From contig NC_087245.1 of assembly GCF_037042905.1 (NCBI RefSeq), positions 38,132,001-38,196,000 of the forward strand: a DNA stretch of 64,000 nucleotides. Reading direction: 5' to 3'. This document shows positions 13,619 through 28,900 of the stretch, one piece after another. The stretch is from Lytechinus pictus. Lineage: Eukaryota. Below the pieces are notes generated by a model, which was given only the letters and a program-made list of their open reading frames with translations, was not told the origin of the DNA and made no database searches. Every line of letters starts with the position of its first letter. The first letter of the stretch is position 1. The translations under genes were made by a program, and so were the position numbers.

Positions 13619-13664
13619 GTTACTACTACTACTACTGTAGGGAACTAGTTTGCAGTAGTAGTAG

Positions 13665-13734
<70 letters not shown>

Positions 13735-13758
13735 GCTACTACTGTAGGGAACTAGTTT

Positions 13759-13818
<60 letters not shown>

Positions 13819-13852
13819 CTACTACTACTACTACTGCTACTACTATACTATG

Positions 13853-13909
<57 letters not shown>

Positions 13910-13949
13910 GCTACTATTACTACTACTGCTACTTTTACTACTACTAATA

Positions 13950-13987
<38 letters not shown>

Positions 13988-16900
13988 AATAATTACTATG
14001 ATAAAAATATGTAACAATTATATAGCACTGAATACAAATTTTTCTAAGCAACAAATGTTTGCAATAAAAAAGTTGAAAGGATTTTTACCAATATTAATGA
14101 AATAATAATAATAACTGGATTAACATACTGCCTTTTCCAGAGGATAAAAGCACAAATACTATGATCATTATTATACCCTGGCTTTAGCTTGATCTGCCAC
14201 TTCCAGCACTAACTAAGCCTGCCAAGTATCCATTTACCTCACCTTGTCTGAATGCAGCACAATGTCAATAAAAAGAAAATCCTTTAAAAAATATGAGAAC
14301 AAAGAATGCCTAAAAATGGCTGGAATCACATTTGAAAACCTAAGCCTATCCCCTACTGTGCCTGCACAATGTATGTTCAGTTGGTTACTCCTGTAGATAT
14401 TAAAGCAAAAAAAAAAAAATACTGAAAATGTTTCTGATATACTCACACTGTATGCTTAACACCCTGTCGTATGTCCCACAATCTTATAGTACAATCTGCA
14501 CCACCTGGAAAACAACCAAAAGAACAAGAAAAGATTATCAAACATATGTCTGAAGTGAACAAGGACACCAAGACTCACTATCATATCATGACAAGATATT
14601 TTACTTTTTTTCCTTCTTCTTTTTTTGCATGGAATTGTCAACACTAAATGATCATTGGGCACATGGCCATACGCAGCGAGGGGGCAGTGCCCCCAGAGAT
14701 TTTCAAAACTTACATTTTCTAATGAAAAACTCAACAAAAGTATGCATGAAATCATTCAATTTCACTTTAGAAAATGCAAAAGCACCCCCAAATTTTTGCA
14801 TGTAATGCCCCCCCCCCCCTCTGAAAAAAAATGACACATGACTTTACTTTGGGACCACCTTTCCATCTTCAAAACTCTATTTCAAGTGATAAACAGTAAC
14901 TTAGGGTATGTTTAAGCATATCAAGACATGAAATAAGTTCCCTGGGAAAAATGCTCTTATCCAATAATGTAAAATTTGTTATAAAATCTATCATAATCCA
15001 TATCTTGAATTAATTTGATGTCGTATAGTGAGTTTAAAATGCTCCAATTTAAAATGGCAGAAAACTGAGAAGTAATGGGGGAAGCCGGCCTTGCTTGGCA
15101 TAGGCTCAATACAAGATGCAAAGTGAAATGATTTATTGCCATAAGTATCAAAACTTTGCGCTCAGATAAAGTCAATCAAACAGCTGAACGTCCTCCACTC
15201 TCGGGTTTGCAACCAAAACATGTTAAAACAAAAAGAAATGTTCTTACCCGAGGCAAGCATTGAGCTATCAGGGTTGAACGCCAACGAATAAACAGTGTCT
15301 GTGTGCCCCCTGAGTTCTTTCATCAAACCTCCGGTCGCCAGGTCCCAAACGCGAACCCTACGATCTTCACCTGTTACAGACAAATCACCAGAAATTCTGT
15401 GGTATTACCATGACATCATCTTATGTTTGAATTACAGTCACTTAATTATTTCTTTCACTACAAAATATGGACCACTTTCACAAAGATGGTTTTGAAGTTA
15501 TGGTTTGTAAAAATAAATCATGCAGACACCATGGATTAACTTTGCTTGATTTAATGAGTGCATACACTGATAAAAGGTCTAATAATGAATGCGCTATTTT
15601 GTAACGGGACGCTAAATTCATGATTGTTACTCTGGAAAAAATCCACTATTTAGGCCAGAAAATTGTTTGGTTGTACAATTTTGACAAAATGGGGTTGGTC
15701 AGTTGGAGTTTTTTTTTTAATACATGAACATGAAAAGGTCATAAACATTGGAAAAACTCTATTGTAATTATTTTTAAGGCTTCAGCAGCTAATCTGTAAA
15801 TATTTTTAATGCAATTTTTAAAAACTTTTTGTAGGGTAGATTTATTTTGAGTACAACCAAACATTTTATTATTTTTTTTTTTTTGGGGGGGGGGCTTCAT
15901 GTGGATTAATTTTAACCAACAGTTAATTGAAAGCTGTGGTTTTATTAATGCTCAAATTAATGTAGCACCCTGTGACAAAGCAAGAATAATTGATTAATAT
16001 CTTTTCTTACCTGCTGATGCAAGGTACTTCCCATTCGGAGCAAAAGCTATGCACAAAACAGAACTCTAGAAATAAAAGAGAAAATTAAAAGTAATTCAAT
16101 GGTTAAGTCTCACTATGATCCACATAGATGAATGAGTCGCTAAATTGTTCAATCTTCCTTCATCCACCTTGATTCCATAGAAAGCTGGTGTGATGACACA
16201 ATTTTTGGCATATAGTTCAATGACGTTTTTGCTTTTGAACTGGGTCAGATCCATCTAATTTTTGACCTCTAATGGCAAGGAATCAATTTTCTGTAAACAT
16301 GTCAATATACCTAGAAGTGGTAGACAAGAAATAATATTAATATCCCGCTTTTATATAGAATTTAATACATCTAAGTGCTTTACCAATATCTTATTACCAC
16401 ATTCATTCCCAGGCTTGCCCATACACAATGCATGCACTTTCTCCACTCCCTGAGGAGCATTCCAACAGGAGCTTCCAAACTCAAATGCATGGCATACTAT
16501 CACCTGTGCTTTCACATTCTACTGGGTACCCATTAAACACTAGTACTATTTAACAGCTGGGTGGAGAGTGGCAAGTGAAGATTAATGCCTCGCAAAAGGA
16601 TGCTACATCAGGAAGAGATTTAAAAAAAAACAAGTGGAACGCCTCTGGCAGTCTCGCCTGCATTACGCAATTTAATATAGCAGCAGTGCTCACAAAAACA
16701 CCATTCATATAATGACATAATACCACGTTCATTGACCATAGATGACATTTGAACGGTGACTTAAGACTTGTCAAATACACCCATGTCCACATTTCATTCA
16801 CTCTATCCATAAACTTTCAAAGTTATGATGGCAATTCAACAATTACCCCAACATGGCCTAAGTTTATTGACCTTAACTGACCTTGGTTTTGTGACCTGAA

Positions 16901-19900
16901 ACTCACAGGGGATGTTTAGTGATACTTGATTACTCTTATATCCCAAGTTTTATGAAATAGATCCATAAACCTCAGAGTTACATGTAGGATGGTAATTCAA
17001 CAAATACCCCCAACACGGCCAAAGTTCATTGACCTTAAATGACCTTTGACCATGGTCATGTGACCTGAAACTCGTACAGGATGTTCAGTGATACTCGATT
17101 ACTCTTATGTCCAAGTTTTATAAACTAGATCCATAAACCTTCAGAAGTAGGATGGTAATTTAACAAAGACCCCCAACACGGCCAAAGTTCATTGACCTTA
17201 AATGACCATTGACCATGGTCATGTGACCTGAAACTCGCACAGGATATTCAGTGGTACTTGATTAACCTTATGTCCAAGTTTCATGAACTAGGTCCATATA
17301 CTTTCTAAGTTATGATGTCATTTTCAAAAACTTAACCTTAGGTTAAGATTTGATGTTGACGCCGCCGCCGCCGTCGGAAAAGCGGTGCCTATAGTCTCGC
17401 TCTGCTATGCAGGCGAGACAAAAACCTTATGATTATGACGTGAGAATCAGAATACCCTCCACAAGCACTCTTCCTACCTTGTGTCCTGTCAATAAACGAA
17501 CAGATTTTCCTTGAGTAATATCCCACAGTCGAATTGTCTTGTCATTAGAACCTGTCGCAACGTACTTGCAGTTAGGATGGAACTTGACACACTAAGAGAA
17601 CAAAAAAATATTTATATTTTGTTGCAAAATATGTCTATTTAACTTTTGCTAGTACATTTAATTCATAGAAACATGAATACCAATACAAAAACTATAAACA
17701 AAGTAAAATTGCAGGAGACAAATATGTCAGCTTCAGTCAAGATTCATGATGGAGTCATAATGCAAAGTCAATGAACTTTTGCTTTACACTTACTTCCTTA
17801 TGACTCTATCTTGAATGTGATGCAATTTTTTTTAAGTCAAGAAAAGGACCCCCCCCAAAAAAAAATGGAAATAAGTCCAAAATCAATGATTCAATAACTT
17901 ATTCCAGGGTTATCCATTGGCATAGAATGTATTTTTTTGAGTCTATAAGATTGGTAATTTTATTTGTTTTGCTAGAACATGGCTTTCAAGTCCCACATGT
18001 AGACATTGATGTTGATAGATGATCTATTGAGACATCAACTCTCACAGTTTGAAATGATTTCTTACATCTACATCCATGAGATGACCAGAGAGTACCCTAA
18101 CAGGATAGGTCCTCTCTGGGGTCCAGAGTCTGGCCGTCTGGTCCTTGGAGGCAGTACAGAAATAGACCCCAAGCGGGCTAACATCAAGGTCCCAGATAGG
18201 GTACTTGTGTCCTCTATACCTGGCTACGTTGGAAAAGGTGCTCATACTCCATGCTCTCACTGGAAAAAAAAAAATACAGGGAGTATAGAAAAAATATGAT
18301 ATATTTCATTTTCATTATTTGAGAGCTGATATATCATTCCCAAAAATTCAGACATGAAATAGTTTATATTTTAATAATGGGTAGAGGCACTGAAATCTAT
18401 AACTACTATTCTTTGATGAAGTTTTGTCAAAGCTTTTAACATGTTACACTCATTATTCAGCTTTTATCAGAACTAATTTGACTCAATGTTGGACTTCCCC
18501 TTATATAAACAATAAATACAATTGTCGCCACCGTTGTCTGAAAAGCAGCACCTACAGTCTCGCTCTGCTATGCAGGTGAGACAAAAATTTCTAGAACCTT
18601 CTCAATACACGACGTCCCTCATTAAACTCAGCCAAAAAAAATTCTACCAAATCTGATTTGACAATTTCCTTTGAACATATTTCCTTTTGACATATTTGAT
18701 ATATTTTGTTTTGAAGAATGCAATTCACTTTCAGGCATGCAGAAGTGCGCAATCATGCTCACACACCTAAAACTGAAGCCCTTGATAATGCCTCAACGCT
18801 TAAATATGAGGTCAGAGAAGAAAAAATGGCTGATTAATGGCTTTATTTACCTGTAGCATCTCCTGATGCCGATAAGAGAAGAGGTGTCTCTGGTATGAAA
18901 CAGCTACTGTAAACAGTATCACTGTGACCTCGTAGTAACTTACATTCTGATCCAAGACTAGACAGGAAAAAAACATTGTAATATTATTCATTTATTAAAA
19001 TATCTTTATAAAGGATGACATGTTCAGATTAAAGGAAAATGAAACCTTTGGAACGAGAAAGCTTGTGCGAAAACAGAAGAATCGAGAAGAAACGGATCAA
19101 AGAAAGTTTGAGAATAATTGAATTATAATAAGAAAGTTATGAGCATTTTAAGTTTAGATCATTAGTGCAGTGTAGATCCTCCCATTGGCAATGTGACAAA
19201 GATGTGTGATGTCACATGTAAACAACTTTCCCATTACTTTTGTATATATTTCACTTCAACTGCCTGTTTTATCACATCTGTATCAGTAGATCATATATTC
19301 TTTCTTTAGGAGGGCATGTAATACAGATTTTCAAAGAATACATTATGGATACAGAGTTGGTATCACCAGAAGAAAAAGCGAAAAAAGACATTTTGAGGGT
19401 ATTTTATAGTCCATCAAAGGAAAAGTTGTTCACATTTGACATCACCCATCTATGTCGCATTGCTAATAGGAGGATCTCCATAGCATTGGTGATTGCAATA
19501 TTCAAATGCTCATAACTTTCTCAATACTATCTTATTCTTAGATTTATCTGTTTTCACACAAGCCCACTTGTTCCAAAGGTTTCATTTCCCTTTAACTGTT
19601 TTTCAGCATGGTCCTGTTAGCATAAAAATATCAATAGATACCAGTATATAAAGGGTAGAGGAACTTAGGTTCTACAAATATAATACATTAAATCGTCAGA
19701 AAAGTATTCATGATGAAACGGCCAATCAATGAAAGTAAGCTTACCACACAGCTTCCTGCTTGTAAACAAAGATTGATGATTCGGAGCAATAGTTCACCAA
19801 TTGATAATTACAATCAATAAGAAAGGTACTGTGTAAAGTACCAAGGAAATGGAATGGATTCAAAGTATATTGTTATTTGATTGATGAAGAATAAGAAATA

Positions 19901-22900
19901 TTCAGCATCATTATTGAAAGCCAAGACTAGCCTAATTAGGAACCCAATAATGGTTTGTTAAAGATTCTTGAAAAGAGAGCTAAGCAGAAGCAAGGCAAGT
20001 GTAAAATTAAGATGCTATTCAATTTGTGCTGATCTACATGAAATGAAGGAGGCGAAGGAGAGCTGGTGCTACGGTCATTAAAATCCTAGTCATAAAAATA
20101 CACATGTGAAGTCAATGAGAGTCCTCATTGCCTATAGAGAAACTTGAGGTTTGAAACAACTTCAATTAGAGTCCTATTTTCCTGTGATACAGACAACAGA
20201 AAAAAAATCATGAAACTCAGGAACAGAATTACAAAATTCCTAAAAAATGATTTGAACATTGACCTCATAAGGTGATTTAATTGATAATTGCGTGCATTTA
20301 CCTATCTTCTATGATGTTGCTATGGAGACTATCACCGGCGAAACGTACGCGACTGACGTCAGCATCGTGGGATTGCGTTTTGAGTTTCTTCGGAGTAAGA
20401 CTCCACAATCTGACTGCAGAATCCTCAAAGCCACCAGCTAACATCTGAGAATCATCCGAGAAACTCACACAACTCAACCTGTGGGTAAAACAGAGCCAAA
20501 CCTGTTCACTAGTATTGCTCAAATAAGGCCTGAAATTATGTTGAATTGAAAATCATGTCATTAAAAACAATAAATGGGTGGGCGGTGTCCACCAAACTCA
20601 GATCAAATATAGATGGTTCAATTATGTAAACCTTTCAAAAATATTGATGATACCATTGGCATAAGGCATAAGTAAGGCCTGTTACCTATGCCACAATTAT
20701 TACTACCATAACTGGCTGACGGGTTCCATGACATTTGCCCAGTGAAAATTGCTCTGCTCTAAATTCCACACACTAACGGAATGGCCAACTTCAACCCTGG
20801 GTTTAACATTAAACCCTACCCTAAAGCTAACATAAACCCTAAACCTACATCTTAGACGAAATTAAGCCCCGATCAATTGTCGCAGGAGCAAATATCGTGT
20901 CACCGGCTGACGAGCCATTTCCACAGTAGTTACTATAATGGTGATAAGTCATTTCATAAGTCTTTATGAAATGGACTAATGGAGTGTTGCAAGAAACTTG
21001 CAATCAATTGCAAGTCAATTTCGTGGGTGCGTCGTGGTCTAGTGGTTTCAAACAGAGGGTCATGGGTTCGAATCCTAGCCGTGGTGTGTTTTCCTTCAGC
21101 AAGAAATTTATCCACACTGTGCTGCACTCAACCCAGGTGAGGTAAATGGGTACCAGCAGGAAATAATTCCTCAAAAAGCTGTTTGCACCTGAATCGGTAG
21201 ACTAGCTTAGACGGGTAATAATAGGGCCCGCTGGGAGTTTTCGGAACTGAAGTGGTTACCCTGGGTAAATATGCTGCTATTATTATTATTATTTCGGGTT
21301 CCAATATCAATCACAAGTCTTGCAGTTCATTAAAAATCTGCAATTGATCGCTGGTATGCCTCCTGTATCAACATCTATAAATTGATTCTAAACTGGGTTC
21401 TATCAGTCGTAGATTTGCACTGAAATTTGCAATTAATTGCATACATTTTCTTGTTGAAACACCCCCTTAGTCTGAAATGGAGCCCTTATGATGTAGAAGG
21501 AAGTAGAATACAGACAGAGCCAAAAGAGCCCATAGTCCTGTGGGTCTGGTGGTTAGAGTATCAGACTCATAATCGTCAGGTTGTGAATTTGAATCCCCAC
21601 TCTGCCATTGTCTCCACTTTGATAAAAAGACCCGAGAGCAATTCCTATCATCTATAAGGTCAGCCATTTTGCCTGATTAACTTAGACGTAAAAAATGTTT
21701 CCATGGTAATTAGTTATACCAGCAAAAAGCTGTCTTACCGAGTTTCTACTAGAGTTCCCCCAAAAAAAAACAGAAACAGATTTTTTACCCTTGATATGCA
21801 TTGAGAACACTGTACAAGATGATGGAAGGAACAGATGGCGGTCCTCTCTGGACTTTATCAATGGTCGCTCGCAACTCAGAAAGAAAAGCCTCTCTCTCCA
21901 CTTCTCTCTTATTATCTTCCTTCTTAGGTTCCTCCGAGGTTTGTTTTGAGGCGGAGGACAGTGATGATGATGATGAAGAGGATGCCTGTGAAAACTCCTC
22001 ACCCCCTTCTTGCAAGGTTGTGGGTACCGAATATCGCACTGTGTACAAAATAGTTGTATCATAGTTTAAAATAAATGATGGCTCTCAACAGGTAATTATC
22101 TATCAAGTATCAAATGGCAATTTGCAATGCATTGACTTATGACAGCTACACAGAATGTCTTTCATGTACCAAGTCTTTACACAACACTGTATGGGATTTT
22201 CTTCAAATCTTTTCCCTATTGGCCATATTTGCCTATATTCCAAAGGTTGGGTTGAAGAGTCCAAATGCTTGCTAATCTAAAGGTTTGTTAATTCCAAAAC
22301 GAAATAAGATTATGGTTTTCCTTACGAATTTCATTTCATAAAAAATAAGACTATTGAACTTTGAAATATTGAATACTATTTTCTTTTCTGACTAACTAGC
22401 CCTTCGGAATAATCCCCACGTTTGGATAGAGAAACCTATATTAATTTTTCATTTTTGGACTAACAAAAATCTTGATACAGGCAATTTGGATCTTTCAGAC
22501 AAACAATTCCTTGGAGTATTCAGACATTCAGTATAAATAATGCAACACAAATTACTAACTTGAGAGCAAAGGCTAGTTCTCTACTGGTACCTTTGAGGCA
22601 TGGCTTCCGGAAAGTGGTTGAAGGTTCCTAACAAATATTATGTTACAGTACACTTCACTTTCAGCGTGGCTGAATTATCTATTCATACTCAAGAAAACTT
22701 CATATCAATGTCCCTTTAATACAATATCAAGGAATACTGCTCTATTCACTTTTGATAGAATCATTCTGTGTTTGGTTTCTCAATATTTGGCTCAATAGAC
22801 CTGCCTACTGTCCTTATTTTATCAGGATCGTCCTGATTTTCAACTTTCAAAAATGGCCAAAAAATCAAAACCATTCTCTGAAATTTCATGTGAGAAAGAA

Positions 22901-25900
22901 AAATGTGGGAAAAATCACCATAAACCCATTCATGCCCAGTCCTAAATACATCTCAAATAGCCCAGTCCTTTTAGGGTTAAAGTTACTAACTTACAGGAAT
23001 TCAGGGGGCACTGCCTCCTTGACCCCCACATGGGACTCTGCCCCTAAGGGCTTAGTCAGCCCCCTGGTGCCCCAGTCAGATCGATTGTCCAGATTTTGCA
23101 TTTCTAAATGTTGAAAGGTATCCTTCCAGTCCAACTGGTGCGTAATAAGATATGGCTGTCCCATATTAAACCAGGTGGGGCCATTTCTTGACATTTTTCT
23201 TCGCAAACTGGGGGACAGAGACTCTCAAACAGGCCATCCCACCAACCCAACCCAGATCGGCTGTCTACCCCTACAACATACCTTTGATATCAACGTGCAA
23301 GTTGATGATACTGAGTAGAACAGAATTATCTCGACTCTGGAGGAAGCGTAGCAGGTACTGGACGGCGTCATCTCCAATCTCAACCACACATTTATTATCT
23401 CTGTTATGAAAAATAAGAACAAAACAATAATACTCTGCTGCATGGTTTACTCCAGTCATTGGACTAGGGCTTGACCACATACGATACCAGAAGTGGAAGA
23501 TATATGGAGTCAAATAAAAATGAAATATTCAATGCAAAGATATCCATTATGAATACTAAACAAAGCATTTTCATGTAAAAGACACCAATTGAAAGTAGAG
23601 CAAATTTGAATAGAACATCCAGGTTGGTATTCTGAAAACATTCTCATCTTTGTTCTTATCATTTACATTATTTCACTGAGATAGAACGATGTTAAATCAT
23701 TGTTAATCAATATTCTGAAAAGCTTCTTAATGCGATTTCATTTCTGTAAGGACCGCCCCTTTCATATCTCTAACACGCCTTTTTAAAGACATTACCAACC
23801 AAAACACACCTGACATCGGCAATTTAACCACTAGAAGCATTTCTTATTTTAAAAGAATATTAAATGCACTGCACATATAGTAATTTATGGTGTAATTACA
23901 GGATTGCACAAAATAAATATTCATAAGCTATGCTTCTGTGATTGATTTTTATTTCTTAACACGTACAGATTATGTTAAAGAAAATCTAAACGTGTTAAAA
24001 TTGTACTTCAAAACATGGTAGCCCTTAATAAAAGCCCTGATAATTTTTTTGAAGGGGGCTTGAATTGTGAAGAATTTTTCGTCAGTTGCTCCTCGGCTTT
24101 TGACTTCTTTACCAATCCAACGTCCTGACTGTGACAACACTGAAACCTTCAAATCTGAACCAAAGACTAACCTTTTCCAGCACCCTTATGTATAATGTGT
24201 GACATATTGGGGAGCCTTTTAATATTTTTGACAGATAAATGGCGCTATACAAATGCTATTCATCATCATCAATTTGTTTCTCATCAGCATTTTAAAAAGG
24301 TTATAAACTTTTTTTCATTTTTCATTGTTGTATTTGATGTAGTTTAATAATGTAGTGTAGTTTAATTCAATAGTATTATACCTTGTAATGATATGTCATG
24401 TAATGTATATTTATTGTTAACATAATAATGTAGAATGTAAAATTATCATAATTCAATAAGTCTATTAATTAATGTAAAGCACTTAGAGATCTTGATATCA
24501 AGCGCTTTAAAAATGCAATGTTATCATCATTAAAAGTAATTTTCAAAAAATAAAAAGCACAAGCTGCTCCCCCCCAAAAAAAGCAAACAAGCAAAAAGAA
24601 AGAAATAAATAAATAATAATTAGTGAATATTTCCTAATTATCGAAAAATCTTTTTTTTCCAGCGACCAGGAGCATCATGAGATGTAATAACCCTCGAGCC
24701 ATTGTAAATACTTATATGATTACCCTGTAAGATGAGATAAGATAAAAGACATTATCATCTATACAGAGTGTTTTACGATGCATTAAAAACGCATATTTTG
24801 TTCTGCATCAATTGCCCATGCAGTATCAGAGCGTATCCCTAAAAAGGACCGAAATCCGACGAATATCCCATAGGCTCCTGTACAAAACTTCTTATTGAAT
24901 ATGAGAGCATATTCAACAGTAAAGTGCGCATGCGCGAATGCGTGAAATATACCACACGTACAATGAAAACAATGCAATGCGCAGCATAAGAGCACAACAC
25001 TCAATGACGTCATAATGAACTACATTCAAGTCGCAAATTTGATCTTATGAAGTGATGATGCCTTATTTATGTGATTTCTCCCTCTTTTTTTGGGGGGGGG
25101 GGGTGGGATAGATGATAATAATTATATTGGAAGGCTTTATAACGTGGAATACCAAAAATATTCCACTCGTTCGGGACAATATTCAACTCATCTGCGATTC
25201 GTGGATATTTGCCCAAACTCTGGTATTCCATTCTGAGCCATCCAATATAATATTAATGTTCAGAATATCTCATTCATGATTAATATAGAAACCCGTTAAA
25301 ACAAACAATAGTTTTAACCAATGTTGTTTATTATACATACCTAAATGCAGCAAGGAAAGGATCAGTCAATGGATCTATACTATACTGAACACTGCTTAAT
25401 CTCTCCATCAACTCCTTAGTATCTTGGCTATCTTGATATTGTAAACATCCTTTGTGTTTTGTATACAGGTTGTGGGCTGCCAGAAGAAAAAAATACATTT
25501 ATTCATGTTACTTGGAGATCTTAGAAAAGAATACCAGAAATATTCCATGAGTTGGGAGCAATCTCGCATGAATTGTAGGTAAATGCAATATTGGCCTATA
25601 AACTAGACCCAAGTCATAACAGGGCTGTTCATTTTTTTACCAATGCTTGCCGGTGACTTTTCAGTGAAGACCGGCAGACCAATGAAATAAAGAAAATATA
25701 ACAAATAAATATGAAATTCAGTGTCACCAAACAATTTGAAAATCAACCAATTCAAGAACTCTATTTCATTAACTATATTGAAACTATCACATGATAATTA
25801 ATGTTAAGCCTGTAATCAACCAACCAGGGACAATGATAATAAGACAGATATGAAGAGCAAGATCATACATGGATTTTGGTTGGTTGGTTGGTGATTTTTT

Positions 25901-28900
25901 ACCTGATTGCTAAGAAAGCATGAATGCTTGTAAGCAAGCGACCAGAGGACCGACGGCTTAAGGTCCTCTCCGAAGGACCTGGTACTGAGGATTAATGCCT
26001 TACCAAAGGGCACTAGCGCACCAAGTGGGAATCGAACCCGGGTCACCGGAATACGAATCCCCCGCTCTACCGACTGAGCTAAAGAAGGTGACAAGGTCTT
26101 ATTACAAGGAAATCAGTTAATGTTTCTTCCGCACAAAACTCTGGAGCCTCACAGAAAAACCTGAAATTGCTCTCTATAGAGAGTTTCCCATTTGATATTC
26201 GTTTCATACAAAATCCAAACTTTGCAATTGTGACAACCTCAATGCCTACAAATCTGAACTAAGGACCTCTTCTTTCTAGCAACTTTGGTAAACATTGTAC
26301 TGCATATCCACACTGGCAACACTCAACCCAGGTGAGGTAAATGGGGACCAGGGGCCTGTTTCATAAAGCTGTTCATAAGTTAAGAGCGAATTTAAGAACG
26401 ACTGGTGATCCTTTCTTGTGGTAAATGATGTTCACCATTATATGGTGATGATTATTGAGCGCATAAGAAAGGATCACCAGTCGTTCTTAAAGTCGCTCTT
26501 AACTTACGAACAGCTTTATGAAACACCCACCAGGCATGAATCATATGCTTGGAATGCTGGTGTACTGTAAGGCTGCGATGCTAAAAGCAAGGGTAATAAC
26601 ATCCACTTCTTCTGTAAAAGCATGGGATTGAACTTATATCATAATGTGATATGCACTTTACATGAACTGTGTATTAATCATAATTTTTTTTCATATTTCA
26701 TATATTTTGGGAGCCGGGCTCTGCTGGCACTGTGCTGCTCTTCATCATCATAATCGATTGCACATTTACTTCTTTTCTTCCCTACATTGGATATTGGGGG
26801 TATTAACAATCAATAAAAAAATATATATCTTACCATTTACTCTATGTCCATCAGAGATCATTTGCAAATAAATATGAGCAAATGTTGGGTACAGCAAGCG
26901 CAAGAGGTCAAACTGTGTAATAAAAGAAAATGTGACTACAATTCAACAAACATTCAATCAAAATCTCAGAATATGAAAAAATGAGACCCCTGTTACACCC
27001 GATTTCCTACCCGAGACCAGTCTTGGGGTGCCCCGAGACTGATTTTAAAAAAGTTGACCAAACTTTTTGACCCCCTATTACACCAGAGAATCGTAACGAG
27101 TCTTGGGGCGCCCCGAGACAGCTTTCTGTGCATTTAAACCAAATTACCAAAGCTGTCGGAGATAGGTTTGGCAGGATGACAAGCACACGCTGTGTTTGTT
27201 GTGTGGATAATCGTTCCAAGTTTAGCGCACCAGTCTTGGGCAGGTTTGCGTTTACACCAAATCCAAAGCAGTCTCAGGCGCCCCGAGACCGGTCTCGGAA
27301 CACATCCCGAGGTGGTCTGAGATAGGTTTGCTCAGTAGGGATCTCGGGTAGGTTTGTGCGTTTACACTGGATTAGAAACCTGCCCGAGACTGGTCTTGGG
27401 GCGCCTTGAGACTACTTGGGAAATCCGGTGTAACAGGGTCTAATATTCATCTCCTTTTGAACTATTTGTACATATTCTCAGGGATTTCTGCTTTATATTC
27501 CACACATAAAGATATCTCTGTAAGATCAGGAAAAAGTTACCAGTAATGACATGATACTAAATAGTTTTGCTACTAATCAAATATTAAACTGTGAATAATC
27601 TTTGATGGACACGTCTTGCACAGTGTACAATGAATTCAAATAAACAATGGTATCCTTCATGAAGTAAAAATTTGAAAATGTAAAGATACATATCAAGACG
27701 AGACAAGTTTCTTTGACGCCTTTTCTTCCGGACTGCATGGAAGTTTCACCGACATTGTACAGTGCGCGCATCTCATGCTTGACTGAACCCCCAAATTCAC
27801 ACCTTGTTTTCTCCTTATTCTTTGATATTGTAACCAAAGTTCTTCTACATTCATTCAAATACCTGTGTGGGTTATTGTAGATCAATTTTGACAATTTATA
27901 TATCATTTCAAAGCTTAAAATGTGCTATTTAAAGAGCAATTAAAGTCTCATAATTCATTTTGGGAGACTCATTGTTAGTATTGGGGTGGCAGATCACAAT
28001 TACATTCTAAGTATTACCTTATACTCGTCTACGGAACTCTCGATGAAGAGCCTAAATCTGGCAAACTGCTGCTCAAAGACATCACCTTCTTGATCACTGT
28101 TGGAATGGAATTTAAAAAAATAATAATTCAACAGCCTAAATCAATGCTGTTCTCGTTTACTTCAGGGATAAGTCAAGGTTTAATTTGATATCAAATCACA
28201 CTGAATGAAAAAAGTAGATACATTTAGTTGTATATGATTTCTCCAAATAGATTCTTTGATAAAATAAGATGTACAGTATTTTGGGGGGTAATTGACAAAT
28301 TAAATTAAATATTTATGATATAAAACTTGAATTTCAGATTTAAAAGTAAGGTTTGCAAGTATCATCTTTGCTGATTTTTTTTTCATTTCATACTAAGATT
28401 GGGAATTTAATCTAGTTTTCAAAAGGTAGTCAATTGTTCTCTCAGACTCTGACATCTTGCTTTGTTCAATACAGGAGGGGGGGTTGGGGTGGGGGTGTGT
28501 ATGCCTGTGTGTATGGTTTAAAAATTGCATATTTAGGGGACACATGCAAAGTACTATATGTATTAATAAGATTTGTGTTTATCATCTCATGTGCACATTG
28601 GCACTGAGCATGACTGTATTAAAGTCAATTTTAACTCTTTGTGACACCCGCCAGAAACTAGAACTTAGTAACATCAGTTAAAAAGATGATGGAGCTTCTC
28701 ACCATGAATTGCACGAGACAGAGTTGATTGCTCCCATCTCTTTCCTCCTTGATGACTGAGAAGCCATCTCTCGCAATGAATCTGTCAGTTTGAGGTTCTT
28801 GCGATTCACACTCTCGCTGTTGATATCCTGTAAATACAAGCAAATTCTTCAACTAAAAAAATCAACAATTAACTTGGTATCTCTATACCATTTCCATCTA

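Noticed and set aside
12791..14017. poly-Leu/Tyr/Thr/Ser ORFs
   Set aside because: Microsatellite translations.
22991..23206. 71-aa ORF ending near a GTAAGT, a possible extra TAF5L exon
   Set aside because: Exons 6 and 7 already join in phase, the peptide has no TAF5L similarity, and the DNA looks repeat-derived.
26015..26085. tRNA-like sequence with A and B boxes
   Set aside because: No proper acceptor stem, and it continues into a non-tRNA body with a (CCAA)n tail, so it is a SINE head.
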